64,000 bases of DNA from Syntrophales bacterium. Its GTDB lineage: Bacteria > Desulfobacterota > Syntrophia > Syntrophales > UBA4778. Below the pieces are notes generated by a model, which ran no database searches, was not told the origin of the DNA, and was given only the letters and a program-made list of their open reading frames with translations. The stretch spans positions 868,001 to 932,000 of the forward strand of contig CAXXQE010000008.1 in assembly GCA_963665615.2 (NCBI GenBank). The letters are read 5' to 3'. Positions 9,672-19,900 of this stretch are shown here, piece after piece. Every line of letters begins with the position of its first letter. Within the stretch, counting starts at the first letter, position 1. The position numbers and the translations under genes were made by a program.

Positions 9672-10484
9672 TTATTTCTTCGCCCCCAACTCCTTCGACC
9701 TCAGGGTTGCGTCTTCGACAGCCTTGATGAGGGTGGCGCGCAATCGCCCTTCTTCCAGGGCCTTGATCCCGGCAATGGTAGTGCCGGCGGGAGAGGTCAC
9801 CATGTCGCGTAGTTGAGCCGGGTGCTTCTGCGTCTCCAGACAGAGCTTGGCTGCGCCTAATAGGGTCTGGGCTGCCAGCTGAAGTGCGATGTCGCGTTTC
9901 AGCCCCATGAGGACGCCGGCGTCGGATAGGGCGTCAAGAATCACAAAGGCATAGGCCGGGCCGCTGCCGCTCAGGCCGGTAACCGCATCCATCAGATGTT
10001 CTTCGACGACGACCGCCAGCCCGACGGCTCCGAAAACGGCCTTGGCGAGTTCCAGGTCGATCTCCGAGGCCTGCTCACCGGTGGCAAGTGCTGCAGCGCC
10101 CGCCCCGACGAGAGCCGGGGTGTTCGGCATGACGCGGATAATGCGGGCCTTTTTCCCAAAGGCCGTTTCAATGGCCTGAATGGTCACACCGGCGGCAATG
10201 GAGATGATCAGTTTTGAGTCGTCAACCACGGGGGCGATCGCCTTGAGTAGGGCAGTCATCTCCTGGGGTTTAACCGCCAGGATAACGGTGTCGGCATTTT
10301 TGACGGCGGCGACATTGTCTTCACCCGCTTGAACGCCATATTCCATTTTCAGGTATTCCCGCCGTTCCTTCAGCACATCGGTAATGGTTATCTCTTCAGG
10401 CAACGCCAAACGGTGCGACAGAATGCCACTCGTGATGACTTCCCCCATCTTGCCGCCGCCGATCATCGCGACCTTTCCTAACAT
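9672..10484 (-). CDS. proC: Pyrroline-5-carboxylate reductase
   Basis: IGGGKMG Rossmann motif, AVKPQ, RVMPNTP, TGLSGSGPAY, VTSPAGTTIAG. Start moved to ATG 10484. Confidence 0.96.
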   Translation of the reverse strand: MLGKVAMIGGGKMGEVITSGILSHRLALPEEITITDVLKERREYLKMEYGVQAGEDNVAAVKNADTVILAVKPQEMTALLKAIAPVVDDSKLIISIAAGVTIQAIETAFGKKARIIRVMPNTPALVGAGAAALATGEQASEIDLELAKAVFGAVGLAVVVEEHLMDAVTGLSGSGPAYAFVILDALSDAGVLMGLKRDIALQLAAQTLLGAAKLCLETQKHPAQLRDMVTSPAGTTIAGIKALEEGRLRATLIKAVEDATLRSKELGAKK

Positions 10485-10638
10485 GATCTTCCCCCTATAG
10501 AGAGTAATTGTATGATTATTTTTGTCTCCCATTCCCGCCGACAAGTCAATCAAAAACATCTGCAATAATAACCCTTGACTTTTGTGGCCTCAGACAGTAA
10601 TTACATGGCATTTCAAACAGTTACAGAAAGGGGTCGTC

Positions 10639-10941
10639 ATGAATCTCGGGGCGAATCTCCTCAACGCCATCGCCGTGGTGCTGGACGTGGTGTTGACTTC
10701 TTATATGTGGGTGATCGTTGCCCGCGCGGTCATCTCCTGGGTCAATCCCGATCCATACAACCCGATCGTTCAGTTCCTCTACCGGGTGACGGAACCCGTT
10801 CTGCGTCCTATCCGGCGGCGGCTTTCCTTCGGGAATATCGGGATCGATTTTTCACCCTTTATCGTCATCCTGGCTATCCTGTTTCTCCAGTACTTTCTGG
10901 TTGCATCACTGAAAGAAGCTGCAATCAAAATTAAATTATAA
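10639..10941 (+). CDS. yggT: YggT family membrane protein
   Basis: ISWVNPDPYNPIVQFLYRVTEPVLRPIRR, IDFSP. Start ATG 10639. Confidence 0.93.
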   Translation: MNLGANLLNAIAVVLDVVLTSYMWVIVARAVISWVNPDPYNPIVQFLYRVTEPVLRPIRRRLSFGNIGIDFSPFIVILAILFLQYFLVASLKEAAIKIKL

Positions 10942-10963
10942 CACGAGATCAAAATAGGGACGT

Positions 10964-11260
10964 ATGGTCTTGATCAGGGAAACGACAGAAGGAATCACCT
11001 TTGCCCTCCGGGTCCTGCCCAGGTCGTCCCGATGCGAGCTCGCCGGAATTCAGGGGGATGCAGTCAAACTCAAGATCACGGCCCCGCCGGTGGAGGGACT
11101 TGCCAACGAGGAGTGCATCCGGTTTCTGTCCAAGACCCTCCAAGTCCCCAAAACGAGCATCCGCATTGTCGGCGGCGAGCGTTCAAGAAATAAAACAATC
11201 CATATTGCGGGTCTGACGCGCGGCGAGCTTGAGGCCAAGATACCGGGCCTGACCGGTTGA
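10964..11260 (+). CDS. yggU: DUF167/YggU family protein
   Basis: VLPRSSR, KITAPPVEGLANEE, GERSRNK. Confidence 0.92.
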   Translation: MVLIRETTEGITFALRVLPRSSRCELAGIQGDAVKLKITAPPVEGLANEECIRFLSKTLQVPKTSIRIVGGERSRNKTIHIAGLTRGELEAKIPGLTG

Positions 11261-11291
11261 TCGGCCCCATCCGTCCATCAAGGATCATTGC

Positions 11292-12893
11292 GTGACGACT
11301 GTCCAGGAACATACGGCGGAGATCGACAAGTCCGCCGCCCTAAAAAAAACGTTGACCATTGCAACGGCCATCATGATCGGCTCGGTTTTCCTGAGCCGGG
11401 TGATGGGGTTGGTACGTGAGCAGGTGCTGGCGATCTATGGCGGCACGCATTTCGAGATCGACGCCTATGTGACAGCATTCTTCATCCCGGAGTTGTTGAA
11501 TCACTTCCTCGCCGGAGGGTTTCTCTCGGTTACCTTCATTCCGATCTATCAGGGCTTCATCGCCCGGAAGGATGCGCGCGGGGCTTCGGACTGCTTTTCC
11601 AATCTGCTGACGGTCGGTTCACTTATTTTTGCGGTGATGATTCCGCTGGCGATTTATTATACCCCGGAGGTCCTCGGCCTGATGGGGTCGCATATTGCCG
11701 ACCCCGCGCGCCGTGCCCTGACCGTCCGACTGACCCGGATCATCCTGCCTGCCCAGATCTTTTTCTATTGGGGGGCTTTTCTCTCCGCCGTTCAAATGGC
11801 CCACAAGCGCTTCTTCTGGCCCGCGCTGGCCCCACTCGTTTATAACCTCGGCATCATCCTGGGCGGCATCATCCTGGGTCCCGCCCTTGGCGTCGAAGGC
11901 TTTGCCTGGGGGGTTTTGGTCGGTGCGCTTGCGGGAAACTTTTTCCTTCAGCTTCCGGGAGCGATGAAAACGGGCATCGCCTACCGCTTTCGCTTCCGTC
12001 TGACCGACCCGGATCTGATTCAGTACGTCCGTCTGACGGTGCCGCTGATCCTGGGGTTGGGACTGACCTTCTCCAACGAAGTTTTCTTCCGGTTCTTCGG
12101 TTCCTTCCTGGGAGAGGGCGGAACGGCGAGTCTCAATTATGCCCTGCGGACGATGATGATGGTAGTCGCCGTGTTCGGACAGGCCTCGGGTGTCGCCTTC
12201 TTCCCCTTCATCTCCCAACTCGCCGTGGAGGAGCAGTACGAGAAGATGACGCGCCTGCTCAACGGCGTTCTGACGAAGATGACGCTATATCTGATCCCCT
12301 TGACGGGGATCATGATCGCTCTGTCGCCGGAGATTATCGCCGTGCTCTTTCAGCACGGCCGATTTGATGCATCCTCCACTGCGGCGACGGCGCCGGTTCT
12401 AGCCATGTATCTGCTGGGGGCCTTCGGCTTTTCCGCCGTTATGATCATCAACCGCAGTTTCTACGCTACGCGAAATACCCTGCTGCCTATGCTTGTCAGC
12501 ACGGGCGCTGCAGTTGGGAGCGTGCCGCTCTACTGGCTTTTGGGTCGTGCGATGGGGGCGCCCGGCATTGCGCTCGCCGGGGGCATTGCCATGACCGCGC
12601 AAGGGGCGCTCTTGTATGGTATCTGGCTCAAACGCTTCAAGGAACATGAATCGACGGCAAAGCTGGTCCGAATCTTTTTACAGGTTGTGGTGATTTCGGC
12701 GGTTGGCATGGGATGCGCCTGGTTGCTCAAACTCTGGTTTGCACCGATCGTTATCGGGTGGCGTCCCTTCTGGGCCCATGCGGCTGTTGCTTCCGCTGCC
12801 TCGATCTGCGGTGGGGGGGTCATTTTTCTTCTCTATGAGGTGGCGGGCGTTCAGAACATTAAGGCGTCGCTCCGTTCCTTGATCCGCCGCTGA
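11292..12893 (+). CDS. murJ: Lipid II flippase MurJ (MviN)
   Basis: LSRVMGLVRE, DAYVTAFFIPE, FIPIY, LFQHGRFD, RSFYATRNT; polytopic membrane protein. Confidence 0.9.
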   Translation: MTTVQEHTAEIDKSAALKKTLTIATAIMIGSVFLSRVMGLVREQVLAIYGGTHFEIDAYVTAFFIPELLNHFLAGGFLSVTFIPIYQGFIARKDARGASDCFSNLLTVGSLIFAVMIPLAIYYTPEVLGLMGSHIADPARRALTVRLTRIILPAQIFFYWGAFLSAVQMAHKRFFWPALAPLVYNLGIILGGIILGPALGVEGFAWGVLVGALAGNFFLQLPGAMKTGIAYRFRFRLTDPDLIQYVRLTVPLILGLGLTFSNEVFFRFFGSFLGEGGTASLNYALRTMMMVVAVFGQASGVAFFPFISQLAVEEQYEKMTRLLNGVLTKMTLYLIPLTGIMIALSPEIIAVLFQHGRFDASSTAATAPVLAMYLLGAFGFSAVMIINRSFYATRNTLLPMLVSTGAAVGSVPLYWLLGRAMGAPGIALAGGIAMTAQGALLYGIWLKRFKEHESTAKLVRIFLQVVVISAVGMGCAWLLKLWFAPIVIGWRPFWAHAAVASAASICGGGVIFLLYEVAGVQNIKASLRSLIRR

Positions 12894-12904
12894 CGGGGAA
12901 TTGT

Positions 12905-12934
12905 TTGACTCTATTCGGAGGAATAAGTTATAAG
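12905..12934 (+). promoter_or_regulatory. Putative sigma-70 promoter for purD-purH-purE-tsaC
   Basis: TTGACT-N18-TATAAG upstream of SD GGAGG and the purD ATG. Confidence 0.5.
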
Positions 12935-12972
12935 GTGCGGCGTTTGCCAATGATGGGAGGAGGGGGAGGAAA

Positions 12973-14310
12973 ATGGCCAATATTCTGCTGATTGGAAACG
13001 GAGCGCGGGAGCACGCGATTGCGGAGGCGATCGTGCGGTCGCAGCGTGATCCGAAACTGTTTGCCTATATGAAGTCCAACAATCCCGGCATCGCGGGACT
13101 CTCCGAGCAGACCCGCCTGGGAGGGTATGACGATCTGGCGGAAATCAACGGTTTTTCGCACGACCACGCCATCGACTTCGCCGTGATTGGTCCCGAAGAC
13201 CCGCTGGGAAATGGTGTGGTCGATACCCTTGCCGCCATCGGCATTCCTTGCGTGGGTCCGCTACAGGATCTGGCACAACTGGAAACCTCCAAGGCTTTTA
13301 CCCGTGCCCTGCTCAGCAAGTACGGCATCCAGGGCAATCCCCGTTTCAAGGTCTTCGAGACCTACCGGGGGGTTAAAGACTTTATCGCCAGCCTCGATCG
13401 GGTTGTCCTCAAGCCCGATGGCCTGACCGGCGGTAAGGGGGTGCTCGTTCAGGGGGATCATTTTCAGACCCATGAGGAGGCGCTGGCGCTTTGCCATCAG
13501 ATCCTCTCGACCTACGCGCGGCTGATCGTCGAAGAGAAGTTCGAAGGGGAGGAGTTTTCCCTTCAGTGTCTCTGCGACGGGAAGACCGTTGTGTCCACCC
13601 CGGCTGTTCAGGATCATAAACGGCGCTTCGCAGGCGACAAGGGGCCGAATACCGGCGGGATGGGAACTTACTCCGACGCCGATCACCTCCTGCCTTTCCT
13701 CAAGGCGTCGGATGTCGAAGAGGGATTGGAAATCACGCGCCGGGTGGCCGAGGCCCTTTACAAGGAAACCGGCGCTTATTATAAGGGTGTCATGTACGCG
13801 GGCTTCATGGCAACGAAAGACGGCCCGCGCCTGCTGGAGTACAATGCCCGTTTTGGCGATCCGGAGGCCATGAACATCCTGCCCCTTCTGAAAACTGATT
13901 TTGTCGATCTGTGCCGTGCGATCATCGACGGCACATTGGATCAACTTCCCGTCGAATTCGAGCATCAGGCGACTGTCTGCAAATATATTGTTCCGAAGGC
14001 CTATGGCCTGCCGAAAGAGCAAATCAGCGAGGCGGACGCCGCTTCCACGTCGGCGAGGATCGAGATTGGCAATATGGCTGAGGCCCGGCTCTATTACGCT
14101 TCGGTCGATCAGCGGGCTGACGGTTTGTATCTGAGCAGTTCGCGCGGTATCGGCATTGTCGGGATCGCACCGATCCTTGCGGAGGCCGAGCAGATCGCGG
14201 AGAAGGCCGTCGCCGCCGTCCGCGGGCCGGTCGATCACCGCTCTGACATCGGGACCCGCGATCTGATTGAAAAGAGAATTCAGCACATGAAAGCCATAAG
14301 GGGAGAATAG
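12973..14310 (+). CDS. purD: Phosphoribosylamine-glycine ligase
   Basis: [51 protein letters not shown]. Confidence 0.96.
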   Translation: MANILLIGNGAREHAIAEAIVRSQRDPKLFAYMKSNNPGIAGLSEQTRLGGYDDLAEINGFSHDHAIDFAVIGPEDPLGNGVVDTLAAIGIPCVGPLQDLAQLETSKAFTRALLSKYGIQGNPRFKVFETYRGVKDFIASLDRVVLKPDGLTGGKGVLVQGDHFQTHEEALALCHQILSTYARLIVEEKFEGEEFSLQCLCDGKTVVSTPAVQDHKRRFAGDKGPNTGGMGTYSDADHLLPFLKASDVEEGLEITRRVAEALYKETGAYYKGVMYAGFMATKDGPRLLEYNARFGDPEAMNILPLLKTDFVDLCRAIIDGTLDQLPVEFEHQATVCKYIVPKAYGLPKEQISEADAASTSARIEIGNMAEARLYYASVDQRADGLYLSSSRGIGIVGIAPILAEAEQIAEKAVAAVRGPVDHRSDIGTRDLIEKRIQHMKAIRGE

Positions 14311-14315
14311 CAGCC

Positions 14316-14918
14316 ATGAAACAGAACAAAATAAAACGCGTACTCATCAGTGTCACGGACAAGCAGGGTGTCGTTGAATTCGCCAAAGGCCTGGCCGCTT
14401 ACGGCGTGGAGCTCCTCTCCACCGGTGGGACGGCGGCGCAACTGCGTGCCGGCGGCCTGACGGTCAAGGACGTCTCCGAATACACGGGGTTCCCTGAGAT
14501 GATGGACGGGCGCGTGAAGACCCTGCATCCGAAGGTGCACGGAGGGCTTCTCGCTCTGCGCGACAATGCGGAACACATGGCCTCGGCGTCGGCACACGAC
14601 ATCGAGATGATCGACATGGTCGTCATCAATCTCTATGCCTTCGAAAAGACCGTGGCGAAAGAGGGCTGCACCCTGGAAGACGCGATCGAAAACATCGATA
14701 TCGGCGGTCCCGCCATGCTGCGCGCCGCGTCGAAGAACTACCGCTATGTGTCCGTCGTGATCGATCCGGCTGACTATCCGGCGATCCTCGATGAGATGGC
14801 GAAAACCGGCGGGAAGGTTTCCGAACTGACAAACTTCCGCCTTGCCGTGAAGGTATTCCAGACGACGGCCAAATACGATACGGCTATTTCGAACTACCTG
14901 AGCAAGGTGAAATATTAG
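14316..14918 (+). CDS. purH: IMP cyclohydrolase (stand-alone N-terminal MGS-like domain of PurH; no AICAR transformylase domain)
   Basis: [43 protein letters not shown]; stops after 200 aa. Confidence 0.9.
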   Translation: MKQNKIKRVLISVTDKQGVVEFAKGLAAYGVELLSTGGTAAQLRAGGLTVKDVSEYTGFPEMMDGRVKTLHPKVHGGLLALRDNAEHMASASAHDIEMIDMVVINLYAFEKTVAKEGCTLEDAIENIDIGGPAMLRAASKNYRYVSVVIDPADYPAILDEMAKTGGKVSELTNFRLAVKVFQTTAKYDTAISNYLSKVKY

Positions 14919-14920
14919 AT

Positions 14921-14943
14921 AACGGCTGGCGCCGCAGTGACAA
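14921..14943 (+). repeat. Hairpin+heptamer repeat family, short copy
   Basis: CGGC-TGGC-GCCGCA-GTGACAA immediately after the purH stop. Confidence 0.6.
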
Positions 14944-15031
14944 GGCAGAAAAAAGAAGCTGAGCGGTTGAGCGCGGTTAAGGCCGCTGCTTCCAACCACT
15001 TGACCTTTACTGGTTAAAGGAGTTCATCGTT

Positions 15032-15544
15032 ATGAAGAAGAAATCATCTCCCGTTGTCAGCGTTGTGATGGGCAGCGACTCGGATTTCCAGACCATGAAA
15101 AACGCCATGGATGTTCTCGTGGAATTCGGCGTTCCCTATGAGGTCTTTTTGACTTCGGCGCACCGCTCGCCGGAGCGTACCGCCTATTTTGCAACGGGCC
15201 TGGAGGGGCGCGGCATCAAGATCGTTGTTGTTGGCGCCGGGGCGGCGGCCCATCTTGCCGGGGTCATTGCATCTCAGACGGCGCTTCCGGTAATCGGCGT
15301 TCCCATGAATGCGACCTCGCTCAATGGCCTTGACGCCCTCTTCTCGACTGTGCAAATGCCGGGCGGGATTCCCGTAGCAACAATGGCCATCGGTAACGCC
15401 GGTGCCAAAAACGCGGCGCTTCTGGCGATCCGGATTCTGAGTCTCACCGACCGCGCCCTGCGGAAGAAGCTTCAGGTTTACGGCCGAAAGATGGCGCACG
15501 AAGTGGAAGAGAAACAGGAAAAATTGAACGCGCTTATCCCATAG
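15032..15544 (+). CDS. purE: AIR carboxylase / N5-CAIR mutase
   Basis: [31 protein letters not shown]. Confidence 0.96.
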   Translation: MKKKSSPVVSVVMGSDSDFQTMKNAMDVLVEFGVPYEVFLTSAHRSPERTAYFATGLEGRGIKIVVVGAGAAAHLAGVIASQTALPVIGVPMNATSLNGLDALFSTVQMPGGIPVATMAIGNAGAKNAALLAIRILSLTDRALRKKLQVYGRKMAHEVEEKQEKLNALIP

Positions 15545-15584
15545 TGTTCCATGAAACTTTAAACTTCGAACGCGCCGGAGGCGC

Positions 15585-16217
15585 ATGACCCGCATCATCC
15601 CCATCGATCCGCTCCACCCTGACCCAGAAAAGATTCAGGAGACCGTGAATCTTCTGAAGGCGGGCGGGGTCGTAGCCTATCCGACCGAGACCTTCTACGG
15701 GCTTGGTGCGGATGCCTGCAATGAAGCCGCCATCGGGAAGATCTTCGAGGTGAAGGGGCGGGGATTCAACAATCCGATTTCCGTTATTCTCGGCGGTCGC
15801 GAAGACCTCGCGTCGTGGGTTGCGGCAGTTCCGGCGGTCGCCGAGAAACTCATGGCACAGTTCTGGCCCGGCGCGCTGACCCTCGTCTTCGAGGCCTCTG
15901 ATTGCTTGTCGCCCCGGCTGACCGCCGGCACCGGAAAGATCGCCGTCCGGGTTTCTCCGCACCCGATCGCTGCGGCCCTGGCGGTGAATCTAGCAAAGCC
16001 TTTGACTGCTACGAGTGCGAATCTCTCCGGTCAGGCCGAATGTGTGACGGCCGCCGACGTGATCGACCGCCTCGGGGACCGGCTCGATGCCGTCATCGAT
16101 GGCGGGACCACCCCTGGCGGCAAAGGCTCCACCATTATCGACATCACCGTTCATCCCTTCCGCGTCCTGCGCGAGGGGGTGATCCCTTCCGCGTCCATTC
16201 ATCAGACGCTTGTCTGA
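15585..16217 (+). CDS. tsaC: L-threonylcarbamoyladenylate synthase (TsaC/Sua5/YrdC)
   Basis: YPTETFYGLGAD, KGR..NP, FWPGALT, ATSANLSG. Confidence 0.95.
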   Translation: MTRIIPIDPLHPDPEKIQETVNLLKAGGVVAYPTETFYGLGADACNEAAIGKIFEVKGRGFNNPISVILGGREDLASWVAAVPAVAEKLMAQFWPGALTLVFEASDCLSPRLTAGTGKIAVRVSPHPIAAALAVNLAKPLTATSANLSGQAECVTAADVIDRLGDRLDAVIDGGTTPGGKGSTIIDITVHPFRVLREGVIPSASIHQTLV

Positions 16218-16249
16218 TTTGTCTGAGCATTTCCGGCGTCGCTTTTCGT

Positions 16250-16831
16250 TCATCCTATGATTGCATGGATGGCGGTCGGAATCGTTTCAGTCAGCCCATA
16301 GATGCCGAAGAAAATAAAGATGGCGGCGGCCGTCCATTTGATAGCGCGGTCCGGGAGATGCTTGCCCAGGACAATCCCGATGCCGATCCCGAGCGCGTCG
16401 GCGATCAGCATTCCCGTTGTCGTTCCGATCAGAACAGGCAAAATCGATTGATACTTGGCAGCCAGCGCCGCGGTGGCAAGTTGGGTCTTGTCTCCCATTT
16501 CCGCCAGAAAGAAGGCGATCGCGACGGTCCAGAAGGGGTTAAAGTGAAAGCGTTCGTCTTCACCCGCCAGCTTGTCGCCGCGGATAGTCCATAGACCGAA
16601 GAGAATAAAGGATGCGGCTGCAGCCATCTGGATGTAATGTGTCGGGACAAGATGCGTGAGATAGTTTCCGGCGACAACAGCCAGAAAATGATTGCAGATC
16701 GTTGCGACAAAGACCCCTCCCATGACCACCGAGGCCCTGAAACGCGTGGCAAAGGCCATCGCGAGCAGTTGGGTCTTGTCCCCCATTTCTGCCAGCACTA
16801 CGAATCCCGTTGAGAAAAACAAGGCTTCCAT
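16250..16831 (-). CDS. TMEM165/GDT1 (UPF0016) putative Mn2+/Ca2+ exporter
   Basis: Two copies of the family motif AEMGDKTQL. Confidence 0.93.
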   Translation of the reverse strand: MEALFFSTGFVVLAEMGDKTQLLAMAFATRFRASVVMGGVFVATICNHFLAVVAGNYLTHLVPTHYIQMAAAASFILFGLWTIRGDKLAGEDERFHFNPFWTVAIAFFLAEMGDKTQLATAALAAKYQSILPVLIGTTTGMLIADALGIGIGIVLGKHLPDRAIKWTAAAIFIFFGIYGLTETIPTAIHAIIG

Positions 16832-17155
16832 AAAATTTATTATACCACCTTCAATTCGTCACCGACACTTTCCATCTATCAGCGGCGGGAAAATAGACTG
16901 AGACGACCTTCGCGGTCAAGGGTTATTTTTTTCCATTGGTTGCGTTTGCGGCGATTCTAAAATAAGCACGCGCCGGTCAGTGGGATGTCAGCGGCGCTTT
17001 CTCAATTTGGTGAGCTCATTACGAGAAGCTGTAAAGGAAAGAGGGGTGAATGGCGGCCAAGTTTCAATGACGCAGTGATGGTCGTCGCTATGGATACGGA
17101 AAAGGCCAGTGTGCCGTGTTCCATTCGCGGCAGGAGGCACGATGGGCTAAGAGGG

Positions 17156-19258
17156 CTAGCACGAATAGACGTCCGCAGGTAGTCCCAGAGTGACAGGATC
17201 GAATCGTCGGAACGGTCCTTCGTCGGGGTCTTGGATGGTACGCATGAAGGATTCAATCGATTTGGATGGCAGGGGTTTGCTGAATAGATAGCCCTGCATC
17301 TGATGGCACCCCTTTAGGGCCAGGATCTGCATTTGTTCAGGGGTTTCGACCCCCTCGGCGACGACATCCATGCCCAGGCTTCGCGCCATCGAGATAATAG
17401 CGGTGACAATGGCCTCATCCTCTTTGTTTCGGTTGATGTTCAGGACGAACGACTTGTCAATTTTCAGCGTGTCGATCGGGAAACGTTTCAACTGACTCAG
17501 CGATGAATAACCCGTTCCGAAATCGTCTACGGAAACCCGAATCCCCATAGCCTTGATCTCTTTTAGAATCGAGGCGGTCGTTTCGACGTTCTGCATGATC
17601 GCGCTTTCAGTCAGTTCAATTTCAATGAGCGACGGCGCGACCTGCGTTTCGTCGAGGATGGCGCGAAGGGTCTCGACGAATTGATTGTGTCTGAGTTGAA
17701 TCGGCGAGACGTTGACGGCAATGGGTGCTGCCGGATAGCCCTTTGCCTGCCAGTCCTTGAGTTGTCGGCACACGTCGCGCATAACCCATTCTCCGATCGC
17801 GACGATGAGTCCGGTTTCCTCGGCCAACGGGATGAAAAGATCTGGGGAGATGATCCCCAAATGGTGGTGATTCCATCTGAGCAGGGCCTCAAAGCCGGTG
17901 AGATGAAAGTTCGGGATCGCTATCTTGGGTTGATAGAATAGGACAAGTTCGTGTCTGTCGATTACGTGATGCAAGTCTCCCATCATGGCGATGCGGCTCT
18001 GCGTTTTGCTGGTCATCTCCTCTGCGTACAACTGAAACGTGTTTTTGCCGTTCTTCTTGGCCTCATACATGGCAGTGTCGGCATTCTTGAGCAATTCTTC
18101 GACTGTCTGCCCGTCGTCCGGGAAAATGGCGATGCCGATGCTGCCGGAGATGTGGATCTCGTGTTCCTCGATTTGGAAGGGGGCGGCGAGACATTTCAGT
18201 ATCTTCGACGAAACAACCATGGGGCTCTGGGCGTTTTTGATGTCAGGCAGCATAATGGTAAATTCGTCTCCCCCGAGTCGTCCCACGGTATCGCTTACGC
18301 GGATGGTGCTTTTTAGACGTTGTGCGGCGGAAATTAGCAACAGATCCCCGATGCGGTGGCCGAGGGTATCGTTGATGTCCTTGAAGTGATCAAGATCGAT
18401 GAAAAGGATGGCGATTTTGCTTTGAATTCGCCCGCTCTGGTGGATGGCCTGTTGCAATCGGTCGCAGTATAACGCCCGGTTTGGCAGATGGGTGAGATTG
18501 TCAAAATTGGCCAGTTCCCGGAGATGCTCCTGCCGTTGTTGGAGGGTTACGTCGCGGCTTTCTATTTCCGCCAGCATCTCATTAAAATTATCAACGAGAT
18601 CACCGATTTCATCCTGGCTGGTCTTTTCAGAGCGGATGGAATAGTTTTTCTCTCGTGAAACCCGCTGCATGGCTTTAACCAGCCCCAGGATGGGTTTTGT
18701 GATGAAGTGCTGGAGTCGATGAGAAAGTACAACCGCAACAATCAGCGAGATTGTCAGAACGGTCAGGACGATTGTCAGAAAAAAGCCGAATTGTTTCTGC
18801 AGCTGTTGCATGTCTGCTTCGATGCGGATCGTCCCGACGGGATATTCGTTCATCATGATAGGCCGGGAGATGACGATGCTCGCTAAGGAGAAATAGAGGG
18901 GCGCCTCGATCGCCCTTCCTTTGCTGGCGCCCGAGGGTTTCGCACCGGGCGCGACGTATTTGCAAAATAGCGTTCCATCCTCTCTGTAGATCTGTACAGC
19001 CAGCACGCGTGGGTTGGCCTGCAGTCCTGATAAGACCTCCCGGACGTCCTTTTGATTGTCGAACATGATAGCGGCGCGGGTGTTGTAACTGAGCACGCCG
19101 GCTAAGGCGACGAGTTCCTGTTTAATGTTCTGTTTGAAGGAAACGATCTCATAAACGACAAATGCAGAGGTGGTCACCAGCAATACGACAACACTGATCA
19201 ACAAGATGATCCATCTGATTTTTTTTTCGATGCTGGTCGAGTGAAGGCGAATGGCCAT
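17156..19258 (-). CDS. Membrane diguanylate cyclase/phosphodiesterase, CHASE8-HAMP-GGDEF-EAL
   Basis: TM1, NTRAAIMFDNQKDVREVLSGL, TM2, HAMP (ITKPI..DEIGDLVDNFNEML), I-site RVSD five residues before an intact GGDEF, intact EALLRW and DDFGTGYSS. Start moved to ATG 19258. Confidence 0.93.
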   Translation of the reverse strand: MAIRLHSTSIEKKIRWIILLISVVVLLVTTSAFVVYEIVSFKQNIKQELVALAGVLSYNTRAAIMFDNQKDVREVLSGLQANPRVLAVQIYREDGTLFCKYVAPGAKPSGASKGRAIEAPLYFSLASIVISRPIMMNEYPVGTIRIEADMQQLQKQFGFFLTIVLTVLTISLIVAVVLSHRLQHFITKPILGLVKAMQRVSREKNYSIRSEKTSQDEIGDLVDNFNEMLAEIESRDVTLQQRQEHLRELANFDNLTHLPNRALYCDRLQQAIHQSGRIQSKIAILFIDLDHFKDINDTLGHRIGDLLLISAAQRLKSTIRVSDTVGRLGGDEFTIMLPDIKNAQSPMVVSSKILKCLAAPFQIEEHEIHISGSIGIAIFPDDGQTVEELLKNADTAMYEAKKNGKNTFQLYAEEMTSKTQSRIAMMGDLHHVIDRHELVLFYQPKIAIPNFHLTGFEALLRWNHHHLGIISPDLFIPLAEETGLIVAIGEWVMRDVCRQLKDWQAKGYPAAPIAVNVSPIQLRHNQFVETLRAILDETQVAPSLIEIELTESAIMQNVETTASILKEIKAMGIRVSVDDFGTGYSSLSQLKRFPIDTLKIDKSFVLNINRNKEDEAIVTAIISMARSLGMDVVAEGVETPEQMQILALKGCHQMQGYLFSKPLPSKSIESFMRTIQDPDEGPFRRFDPVTLGLPADVYSC

Positions 19259-19271
19259 GTTGCTGTTTCCT

Positions 19272-19844
19272 TTATTCCACAACGTCGTGCGCCAGTTGCA
19301 GCAGCTGAGAACTGATGACGAGGCCATGCTCCTTAGCTGCCCGCAGGTTGATATCGAAGCGCACCTTGTCGTCTAGATTGATGAGTTGAAGCATGCCACC
19401 GATGCGCAGGAAGTCCGGCAGATCGCTTGCCGTCAGGATATGTTTCCCTGCCGCAGCGTTTAGGAGTTCATTCGCCCTCATTTTTTCCGATATGCCGATG
19501 AAGAGCACGTGACAACTCTCTATTTCCAGCGGAGCCGTAATCATACGAACCTTGAGCTCTTTTTTCTTCACAGTCTTTCCGTTAAATTCTGTCAAGACGC
19601 CGGCTACTTCCTGCTTGCCCATTACGCAGATCTGGAAGCAATCCCTGGAGGCAGTGAAAGCCGTCGCCGGCCAATCGATAAAATGGGAGATCTTGTAGAG
19701 ATAGGTCGCTTTAATCCGATATTCCTGTTGCGGCGCTGAATCGGCTGCAACGGCGCTCTGTCCGATCAGGCTCGCCAGCAGGAGCATGAAGGCAAAGGAT
19801 ATCGCTTTGCAACGGCAATCTACATAGGTCCGCAGGGTCGTCAT
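19272..19844 (-). CDS. YfiR family (DUF4154) periplasmic protein
   Basis: Signal peptide, EYRIKATYLYKISHFIDWP, Cys pair (FQICVMG, ESCHVLF), VRFDINLRAAKEHGLVISSQLLQLA. Confidence 0.9.
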   Translation of the reverse strand: MTTLRTYVDCRCKAISFAFMLLLASLIGQSAVAADSAPQQEYRIKATYLYKISHFIDWPATAFTASRDCFQICVMGKQEVAGVLTEFNGKTVKKKELKVRMITAPLEIESCHVLFIGISEKMRANELLNAAAGKHILTASDLPDFLRIGGMLQLINLDDKVRFDINLRAAKEHGLVISSQLLQLAHDVVE

Positions 19845-19900
19845 AAATGAATCGTCAAAAGCTTATGGGGCGTTTAATAATCGTGCTGTTTTCGCACGGG

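Noticed and set aside
16832..17155. yybP-ykoY Mn2+ riboswitch expected upstream of the GDT1-family exporter
   Set aside because: I could not find the GGGGAGTAG-type conserved core on the minus strand; an Rfam scan would settle it.
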